The notes under the pieces were generated by a model that was not told where the DNA came from, searched no databases, and saw nothing but the letters and a program-made list of their open reading frames with translations. A stretch of 63,768 nucleotides of DNA, filler included, from Lenisia limosa (lineage: Eukaryota > Protista > Breviatea), in the NCBI GenBank assembly GCA_001655205.1. It is 20 parts of 20 records of this genome, joined end to end, with 100 filler letters (N's around TTAATTAATTAA, not from the genome) between each part and the next. Parts side by side here need not be neighbours in the genome. Positions count along the whole stretch, not along the records: positions 53,915 to 59,225 come from LPNZ01006898.1; positions 59,326 to 60,730 come from LPNZ01004302.1; positions 60,831 to 62,611 come from LPNZ01010660.1; positions 62,712 to 63,768 come from LPNZ01002622.1; 16 more parts are not named here. One strand, 5' to 3'. A program made the translations under genes and the position numbers. This document shows positions 54,421-63,768 of this stretch, piece after piece. How positions within the stretch are numbered: the stretch's first letter is position 1; every line of letters begins with the position of its first letter.

Positions 54421-54945
54421 CAGAAAAACGTAAAACGGAGTGCAGAGTGTCCACGTTGTAGTGGTCAATGGGAATGTTAAAAATGGGCTTCTACATGAGT
54501 TAAACAAGGGGTTCGAAAGCCAGCTAAAATCAATCATTTACGTTTTATGGGGGTGGTACAAATTGAAACGGTGATTATGATTGTAGTTCAATCGTTCCTC
54601 AGAGGTGCACGTACAAAAAAGGCAGAATTGCTGAAATGAAAGTGAAGATAAATATTAAGTTTACCAACCTTGTGATTACATGGCGGATTGCCAGATAGAA
54701 TATTCAACATCTTCTTGTCACCACCAACCTACCACTCAACCTGTTGAATGAGACAGCATCTTAGCCCTTACCTCGACTCTTCCGTTTGCACGGTTGGCGA
54801 CCATTGATGACAGGGACGAATGGTGCGAAGAAACGAGACATGTTATCAAAGTTCTCTGAATGGCTTTAGCCATTGACTGCATATGCTAAACACATAAAAG
54901 AATGAACTATGATATTATATTCTCCAATAGATTGATTTCTACCAA

Positions 54946-55416
54946 TGGGGGTCCTCATATCATATATGGATAGTCAAAGCTCCGGACATCGTTCAAAATT
55001 CCCGGACACATCAAAACTCCCGGACAGCTTGAGTTTTCCATAAATGGCAACTATCCGGGAAAGTTTACCCCTGTAGACTGTGCTATTTTGAGTATTTTTT
55101 GCTCAAAATTCACCAATACATTGCCAAAGCAAAGGGGAACCCGGAACCAATTACTCCGAGGGGTGCAAATTTTTGTTTCTTAACACTCAAAGAGGGTAAG
55201 ATTTAGAAAAAAATCCTGTAAAAAGGCAAAAAGAGTACCTCCGGAAGACCAAATTCACGGATTTTTCACATTTGTTCAAAATTGAAACAAAAAAGTTAGG
55301 GAACATAAGGAGGTCCATTTCTCTATATATCTGTCGAAGCAGTTTTTAAAAAAACACTGACAATGGCCCATACAAGGCGTCAACTTCAAGCTGTCCGGAG
55401 CTTTGAGGACCCACAT
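54946..55416. mobile_element. MITE family C, near-complete copy (about 470 bp)
   Basis: Left end GGGTCCTCA...AAAGCTCCGGACA and right end TGTCCGGAGCTTTGAGGACCCACAT form inverted repeats. Confidence 0.85.
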
Positions 55417-56974
55417 ATACTAAAATAATGTATGGTATGATAGTTGATTATATCATGTATCCTCTCTTATAAGCGTGATGTGGACGGCTTCGGCCAGATA
55501 CAACCTTTTTTATTCCTCANNNNNNNNNNNNNNNNNNNNNNNNNNNNNNNNNNNNNNNNNNNNNNNNNTGGACGGAATTCACACTGGCACGTTCTACACT
55601 CTGCTTGGTATAGTAGGCGCTGTCACTGCGGGTAGGCAACAAAACAAGACATTTGTTTCTTTGGACCCTGCCCTTTGTTGTTTTTCTGGCTATTTTTTGT
55701 TTTGTGTTTGTTTTTTCTTCATACACAGTTGGGTTTTATTATTATTATTAAATTGCACAATATCACTTGCGTAAACGTGAAACAACATACATATACATAT
55801 TACTTGTGTAAACGTGAAACAACATATACATATCATCATTTAAAATGTATCTACTGTACTAGACTGCTTTACGATAATAGTATAGTAGAGGTACGTTCTT
55901 TATCAACATGAAACATAATGGTATTCCTATGATATGGTGTCCAGCCTCCACTTGGACACTATTATTCTTTTGGAGCCATTGTGGGCGTCTGTCTGGCCAA
56001 AACGAGACACCCCTCCCCTCCAGAAGTTACGTCCGTTCACTCTTTCAGATTCAGTTGAGGAGACATCCGAACCGACGGAGAAGTCAGCCCTCATTGTTAA
56101 CAACTAAAGTAACCCTGGCGAAGTGTGGAACTTTGCCAAATGGTATTCAACAATAGCTGATAGAAGTTAGATAATGTATGGATGTAATATGTACGTTTTT
56201 AGGTTGGTTGTTTTCCCTTTGGCAAGCTAACGCATGTTAATGTGGACTTCTTTAGACAGATCTTGGACATATCCACCTTAACAGATGCTACTTTTTTTAT
56301 GATTATTTTTACAGCACCTTTATTCCATCTAACTGAATCGTGACTTTCAGCACGGATCTCCCACTAATTCTTTGAGGGAGCATGTTGCGTTACAGTTTCA
56401 ATTGTATCTCCTTGTACTACCAAAACCTCCCCCTCCTCTAGATCTCTTGATAGGTTTTAGCAGCCCCTCCCCATCCCCCATGGGGTAGTAGAGGAGATCG
56501 CTCCATACCCCCCTCTCCGCCGAATCACCGAATTAATCATTCCACTCTGAACATACTCCTCCTCGTTTGTTAATCTGTGAACCTCAGGTCGGTTGAGAGT
56601 GTCAGACAATCTGATTTCCTGATTTCAACCTTGATATGATATATTCCTCTTGCTTGAGGAGAACATCAAATGTAATTATTCCAACCAAACTTGAACCAAA
56701 ACAAAAACAAAACTAAAGCCCAATACCTATGCTGTGCTGAAAGGGTGGTGGGTGGGAGACATTTGTAACGAATCGAGGAACACAATTTAATATTTTTTGA
56801 TTGTACCCACGTTTTGTTACATTTTTTCCTTAACCCCCCAAGCGAATTTTTTTCATTTAATTTCTGTTTTTTTCTCAAAGGGATTATGATTTGCCGCCCC
56901 ACTACTGAACGAGTGAAAACAGCCAGAGAAAAGAAGTAACACATAAGTGCAGACAACAGGAAGACAACTCCATC

Positions 56975-58942
56975 ATGTCTTCATCTTCTTCCCACTTGAT
57001 TGTGCTGATCAAACTTCCTCTTTTAGGACAATACATTGCCTTTGCTTGGTGAGGGGAGACTGTGTGATTTTTTTGTGGGTTGTATAGATCTAGGGTTATA
57101 AATAAAAATAAGTTAAAATAGAGGGAGAAGTTCCAGAATAATTTGGCTTGAAAAAGGATGGGAATTATCAAGTATTCACCTGTACGTATGCTATGGCTCA
57201 CCCCCCCCAACTCCCCAGATTTATGTATTTTCCATTTGTGTGACTTCTTCTTCTGTTGTTTTTACTGCGCTTTCCCTCATCAGGGTGGTGAGCCAGGATG
57301 GCCGAATTAAAACGTCTAGAGTGGTGGAGGCCGAAGATTACAAGGTAAGAACAATGGAAATATTGCCACCCATATAATAATCAATGTAAATATATTCACC
57401 CAGATAGATGAATTTTGCAATGTTTGTAAAACAGAGGGGTCACTGTTTAGTCCTGAGATATTTGGGCAGTAAGGGTTTTCGCTGAATGAAATTGGACACC
57501 TTCTCAATAATGTTACTAAAAGATGTGGGCGGGTCAAAAATGAGCTTTTTTTTTACCAATACCTGGTAATTTTCAATATAGTCAATAGTTCTTTTTGTCC
57601 TCTTTCTGACTTGAGAAATATTTTTCCTAACCACTATAGTGGCTTCGGTCAAGAAGATGCTGAACCCGCTTTATATTATAATAAATGGGATTTACCCAAG
57701 TGAGGTGCTTTATATTATAATAAATGGGGTTTACTTTGTCTCCCCCCTTTAATGAAGAAAACTTAATGACCAGTGAATGTTTTGAATATGTTAAGGGGAA
57801 TACACAATTAATCTAGTGGTAAGGTATGTTAACGGACCAGTGACCAGCTGCAAGGAGTACAACAGTACATCAGGCATTACAGAGATTGGACTTACGGATG
57901 GCACTCTAATAGAGGTCAACTGTTAAATGCTTAGCTCTATGAGGTACTAGTAACTTATGTTAAAATTCATCACTTAAATAGTATTACAAATTTAATCAAG
58001 CAATTCATACACGGTTTTACAGGCAAAAAAAACCAGATTTAATTAATCCCAAGGTTTATGCGGAGCAGCATATAATATATTATATCATATGTATAATACG
58101 TACATACATATGTAGTATATTATATAAGTTTTGAAGGGGGGGAGTCGCGCCAGCGACCCCACTTATTGTTACATAATATACAATATACATGAGGGGTGAG
58201 GCAAAGATGGACCGCCGTCGTGGCTACAGTAATCCAACTCAGTACGAGAGGAACCGTTGGTTTGCATATTTGGTCTATGCTCCTGGCCGGCCGGGCAATG
58301 GGGCGAAGCTATTATGCGTTGAATCATAGCTAAAAGCCTCTCAAGCTAGAACTCAGTCTGGAAGTCACGACTTCTTTCCGGGACTCGACCGACCGTCTCA
58401 ACAACAATAGGCTACTTACTTGTAGGATTTTTTTCTCCCATCTTTGTTTGACCCAATACTTCTCCCGAAGCATGACAGTTCTCTCTTCCTTGCTTTGACC
58501 CCCCTTACCTGACTGCGGGTAAGGGGTATTTTTTTGCCCAAGTATGAAGGGTTATTTTTCTATTTCCACCCACTATTCTCTCACACTTAATCATTTATCT
58601 TCAAACCCCAAGAAGAACCCAATGTTGGTTCCAAACCTATCACCATGTTTAACATAACATAAGCTAAATTTCAAAAAAACCCCAAAAATGACCCCATTAA
58701 CCAACCACTTTAATATCTTAGTCTTCCCGCCCGCTTGCCGCTCTGCTCGCCACTCAGTTTTTACAATTGTATCTTGTTTTATTTACAACAATGCCTTACC
58801 CCTCAGATCTCTCGTCAGCAGTATCAACAAGATCACCATCAGTCTCCCGTTACTACCTAGAACTAGAATTTCTAACAAGGACACTTCCTTCAAAGTATGG
58901 ACTCCTATTGATCTTCATGAGAAGGTTGTCACCTGGACTTGA
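56975..58942 (+). CDS. Hypothetical multi-exon protein
   Basis: Phase-consistent exons MSSSSSHLIVLIKLPLLGQYIAFAW|VVSQDGRIKTSRVVEAEDYK|IDEFCNVCKTEGSLFSPEIFGQ|CGRVKNELFFTNTW with GT-AG borders. Later exons are uncertain. Confidence 0.4.
58205..58400 (+). rRNA. Isolated LSU (28S) rRNA 3'-end fragment (rDNA pseudogene) including the sarcin-ricin loop
   Basis: AGTAATCCAACTCAGTACGAGAGGAACCG (SRL at 58241-58256), then ATTTGGTCTATG, CAATGGGGCGAAGCTA and GCCTCTCAAGCTAGAAC, in the order of eukaryotic 28S 3' sequence. The flanks are AT-rich non-rDNA. Confidence 0.85.
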
Positions 58943-59325
58943 TGACAAGAAGAAAGCTCTGAAGATTCTACTCACGGGAACTCCCTTCCATGCCGCTCGG
59001 TAGGGTTTATTCATCATGTTTATCATGAAAAAATAATCTTGGTCTGCCTTCTGTGTCTTCTTTTAAGACCATGAACAGTTTATGTGGAGACAACAAAACC
59101 TGGGCAGTTGAAAAACAAAAAAAATGCATGAAATAAATAATACACACACAAAGAGTTTATATATCACATATGCTAGGCAACCTAAACTCCGTATTTTATT
59201 CAAAACTCCGTATTCTATTTTTATANNNNNNNNNNNNNNNNNNNNNNNNNNNNNNNNNNNNNNNNNNNNTTAATTAATTAANNNNNNNNNNNNNNNNNNN
59301 NNNNNNNNNNNNNNNNNNNNNNNNN

Positions 59326-60730
59326 CTGCCCCCAAGGCCCCGGCCTTCAAGGATGACGAAAAGCTCATTCCACTCTCCGAACTCCCCGAATGGACCCGGC
59401 CCGCCTTCGGCACAATGAAGAGTCTCAACCGTGTCCAGTCCCGTCTCTACCCTTGCGCCTTCACTACTGACAACAATATTCTTCTCTGTGCCCCCACTGG
59501 TGCGTGGTTTGTGTTATGCTATGGGATACAGTGCTGCAAATGCGACTGGCCTGGGTTTTTGTCTTGTTTGCAAGCGTGTGTGTTGTCAGCCAACATGGTT
59601 GATTTTGTATCTTTTTTGTTACATTAATTTTCCATTTGTATTTGCTGAAGTAATGGGATGCGGTGCTGCAGAAGCGGACTGGCTTGGGCTTTGTTTGTTT
59701 TGCAGTTATTCATCATCTTCGTGCGTTATCATCCAAAAGAGTTGATGTGGGCTTTTTTTGTTCCATTAATTCCACTCGGGCTTTTTTTTTTGCATGTTTT
59801 TGTACCTTTACGCCAATATCGTTTAACTCTCCCTTAGGTGCTGGAAAGACCAATGTTGCTATGCTCACAGTCCTCCGCGAACTTGAGAGGAACATGTTTG
59901 ATGACGGAACCTTCGATATTGTGGGAGGGGGGTATTGATGTTGTTATATTGAATATAAGGTAATTGTCATATTGACCTGGGCTTTGTNNNNNNNNNNNNN
60001 NNNNNNNNNNNNNNNNNNNNNNNNNCAATTTACTCCCCCCAGGAGAACTTCAAGATCGTGTACATCGCCCCTATGAAGTCCCTGGTCCAGGAAATGGTCG
60101 GTAACTTCAGCACTCGCCTCGAGAAGTTCGGCATCAAAACCAAGGAACTTTCCGGAGATAACCAGCTCACGCAGCAGCAGATCAACGAAACTCAGATCAT
60201 CGTTACTACTCCTGAAAAATGGTGGGAAGGGGGGATTAAAATTGAAATGCTTTACTACATTGTTTTTAATGAAAACACACAATAGAACAAGATTATTTTT
60301 CTTTTACACCCACTCACAAAATTCAGGGATATTGTGACTCGTAAATCTGGTGACCGTACATACACGCAGCTTGTTCGTCTTGTTATTATCGATGAAGTTC
60401 ATCTTCTTCATGGTGCGCAGGGTTATTGTTGGGAACAATGACCTCCCTTTTCTTGACTCTTTTTAATGTTTTTCAAATTATGTATTTAATCTCAGATGAC
60501 TGAATTAGTCAATACATACTTACGATATTACAATTGGGCACTTATGTTACCATTGTTTACGTGTCTTAACCTGAAATTAACCTGAACACCCCCCTCCTCT
60601 CCCATGAAAAATTTTCTCGATTTCGGTTACGCTAATATTCTTCATCGAAATTTCCTTCGTTTTACTCCCCCTCCCCCAGATGAGCGTGGCCCGGTTCTTG
60701 AAGCTATTGTCGCCCGTACCCTCCGCCAAA
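59326..60730 (+). CDS. SNRNP200: U5 snRNP 200 kDa helicase Brr2, N-terminal cassette fragment
   Basis: Exons 59326-59499, 59838-59920, 60043-60221, 60327-60412 and 60680-60730 give [50 protein letters not shown] and [26 protein letters not shown]. Confidence 0.95.
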
Positions 60731-62299
60731 NNNNNNNNNNNNNNNNNNNNNNNNNNNNNNNNNNNNNNNNNNNNTTAATTAATTAANNNNNNNNNNNNNN
60801 NNNNNNNNNNNNNNNNNNNNNNNNNNNNNNGGAACCTGTTATATATATAAACAGCTATATATAGTATAACAACCCGGGGGGGGGTAACTCAAAGAAACCC
60901 GATCACATGGCCAGCATTTTTCTCATTATCCACACTGTTTTTGTGTTTTTATTGTTTATTTGGAGTAGATTATTCGGTTCGTGATTAGTACCATTCCGCC
61001 AATATTCATCTTCATTTCACCCCCCCCCCCCCNNNNNNNNNNNNNNNNNNNNNNNNNNNNNNNNNNNNNNNNNNNNNNNNNNNNNNNNNNNNNNNNNNNN
61101 NNNNNNNNNNNNNNNNNNNNNNNNNNNNNNNNNNNNNNNNNNNNNNNNNNNNNNNNNNNNNNNNNNNNNNNNNNNNNNNNTACCGGCTCCGTTGCCCTGA
61201 GACAAACTCTTGTGGGGTAATCATTGGGAATTGGGTAAAAGATCCGTGCAATTAATGGTTTGAAGAAAATTGCCCAAATTTGAATTTAAGTGCCTGAAAT
61301 TGAGTTTACATTACAATGTTTTACACTTCAAATTTTGCAATTATTTTTTCGATTTTTCAATTAAATGCACTGAGCCCTAGTAAATATGGAAAACCTATGA
61401 AAGGGTTAGGTCAAACTTTTTATACTCAGACTCTCCTCCAAAATATACACCCGCATCCCCACTCTTATCTCATCCATAACAAAATATAGAACAACATTTC
61501 ACTCTGGTTTTTGGGCTTTTATTGTTTCACAATTTTAACATTGAAACCATCTCCTCCCCCCTCACCTTTCACTCCTGACATTCCAGGATCAGGGAATTCG
61601 GCTTCTGAGCTCTGGAATGACAGCTAAATTTGCCGAAGGTAGGAAAGGACCGTCGGTTCCGGAAAATATCAATAGTTTTTGAGGATTTATCAAGAAATTC
61701 AGTTTTTTTTTTTGAACCGAAGTGAACATGTCACTATTTGGATGGATTGTTCGTGGCAGAATTTTTCTAGGTCTCCGTGCAATTATTCAATTTGACAAGG
61801 GACATATTGTAACGTAAACTCAATTGCAGACACTGTAATTTCAAATTCACTCAATTAATTTCTTCATAAAATTAATTGCACGGAGCCCTAAATTTTGTGT
61901 AATATAAACATTGAGATGCCCTACTCACACGACGTGTGAACTATCGTTTTCCACGAAGCTATATGTACTATACACTCGTATGTTAGTTGACTGACAAATC
62001 TCGGTGATACTCTGATACACTCGGGGTTAATAATTTCGACTCGAAAGTCGATCGTGTAATCATATCACCAGTGGATGGGCTAAATTCTATCCTTATCAAT
62101 ATGGTCATCATATCACTTTTTTGGGTCCTGGGTTAACATTCTTGGTTGGCATATTATGTGACCGTCGTAATATTTATCATGCTAAACAAGGTAAGAACGG
62201 GCCATTATATCCCTTTTTGGATCATATTCACACTTGTAAACTAGCATTTTCCATGAAGTGATCGTGTGATAATTGATTATGTTTTAACATTGGATCAGA

Positions 62300-62300
62300 C

Positions 62301-62354
<54 letters not shown>

Positions 62355-62380
62355 GTCCCCCTGTCTCTCGCTTTCTCTCT
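62300..62380. repeat. (CT)n microsatellite
   Basis: Long CT dinucleotide run with interruptions. Confidence 0.95.
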
Positions 62381-63097
62381 CTCCCCTCACCCCCCACAGC
62401 CTTTGAGGGATTCTCTGACCCGGTGTTCTCAATGCATCTCCACAAGAAAAGTAAATTCGGCGGCAAAAAGGTTCGCGGGGTTAACTGAAAGATACAAAGG
62501 GGTATGGCATCTGGTTTTTGTCTAATTTTAGAGTTGGCTGTGCGTGTTTGTTATTGCTTGTTTTTGTTTTTTGTTTTTTTGTTTTTCTTTGTAGTTTCAG
62601 ATTATTCGGTTNNNNNNNNNNNNNNNNNNNNNNNNNNNNNNNNNNNNNNNNNNNNTTAATTAATTAANNNNNNNNNNNNNNNNNNNNNNNNNNNNNNNNN
62701 NNNNNNNNNNNTATGCACTTCTATTATTGAACGGTGCTGCAGAAGCGACTGGCTCGTGTGTTATCAGCCAACAAAGTTGATTTGGGCTCTCTTTTTTTTG
62801 TTTCATTAATTTTCCAATTTTACCCACCCCAGTAATAATATATGATATGATGTGTATATACGCATATGATATGTATATTGTACTTTGCTTTACACCTCAA
62901 TCTGGAGTGATGGGGTTCGGTGCTGCAGATTTTGGGATTTTGTTTCAGTTGTGTTTCTTTGAAATCCAAAATATTATTACCCCCCCCCCCCATGAGTGAT
63001 GGGGTTCGGTGCTGCAGAAGCGAGTGGCCTGGCTTCTTTACCCACTCAGATAATATATTGATATGATATGTATTATACTTCATTTACCCCATCCTAG

Positions 63098-63768
63098 ATT
63101 GAGTATCAGAAATCAACAGGACTCTCGAAATTCGTCGTTTCCTGGGTGTCCAAGGCCTCCGCTGAACAGGTGAGGGAGGGTGGACAAAAATATTTCAATA
63201 TCCTTGTTGTATCTGGCCGAAGCCGTCCACACTATTAATGGCATAATATTTATATGATATATTTCTCTCTTTTTGCAGTACAGTCTCAGTTAGAAACTAG
63301 GAGAACCATTTGGGAGGTATAAATAATACCTGGGGGTGGGAGTATCTTTATTGATTCTTCATATACACACAACCTCCCATACTATCATCCCTGAGCTTTG
63401 TTTTTTTTATTTTCAGCTCTTATGCATTTCGCAAAAGGCAGCATTATATCCGCCATATAAAACCTTACACCCGCCAGAGAGCTGGCCGTGCCGGTCGAGT
63501 TGGCCCAGGCCACTGTTACCGTCTCTTCAGTTCTGCAATGTTCGACAACAACTTCAAGCAGTTCTCGCTTCCGGAAATCCAGAGAATGCCAATTGAAGGT
63601 CAGCCATGGCCCCATGTTACTGTTTTTTTTTTCACATTTCAATTTCCTTCTCCTTTTACTTCTCCTTTCCCTCTCTCACCCTTTCAGGAATGGTGCTCCA
63701 AATGCAGAAGATGCGGATTGAAAACGTTGAGGACTTCCCCTTCCCCTCGCCTCCCAACGCCAAGGACC
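63098..63768 (+). CDS. DHX37: DEAH-box RNA helicase DHX37/Dhr1-like, internal fragment
   Basis: Exons 63098-63169, 63478-63598 and 63688-end give [10 protein letters not shown]|[19 protein letters not shown]...PEIQRMPIE|[23 protein letters not shown]. Confidence 0.85.

Noticed and set aside
57460-57480. In-frame TAA suggesting a variant genetic code
   Set aside because: It falls within a GTAAG donor of a short GT-AG intron. Confirmed genes show no in-frame TAA or TAG in exons.
61181-61220. TGSVALRQTLVG as a continuation of Brr2
   Set aside because: It lies across an artificial spacer and does not match the expected next Brr2 motif (VGLSATLPN).

Overview
Eukaryotic draft-assembly window from an intron-rich, probably flagellated protist; it carries an axonemal dynein intermediate chain gene, but the lineage cannot be determined from sequence alone. 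It is not one locus. About 20 short contigs/scaffolds are concatenated with an artificial 100-nt spacer (44 N + TTAATTAATTAA + 44 N), so neighbourhood across spacers is meaningless. Recognisable, mostly partial, multi-exon genes: type IIC Na+/K+-ATPase alpha, RuvBL1, PAC2/PSMG2, an importin-alpha-like ARM protein, a class III nucleotidyl cyclase, an ependymin-like protein, two ankyrin-repeat proteins, an RCC1-FYVE protein, APEH, DNAI1, Brr2/SNRNP200 and DHX37. Also present: tRNA-Ile(AAT), a degenerate tRNA-like unit, an LSU rRNA 3' fragment with an intact sarcin-ricin loop, several MITE and dispersed-repeat families, pogo-like remnants and a possible Penelope-like remnant. The standout is the RuvBL1 gene at 14885-15995. 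Its reading frame is restored, collinear with known RuvBL1, by removing four phase-0 micro-introns of 21-24 nt that start GT but end CG or TG instead of AG, whereas every other recognisable gene here uses GT-AG. A second theme is intron architecture: sense-oriented repeats running into 3' splice sites, G-runs after donors with C-runs before acceptors, and 37-nt tandem duplications spanning splice sites. All homology calls are from recalled family motifs by eye; no searches were run.
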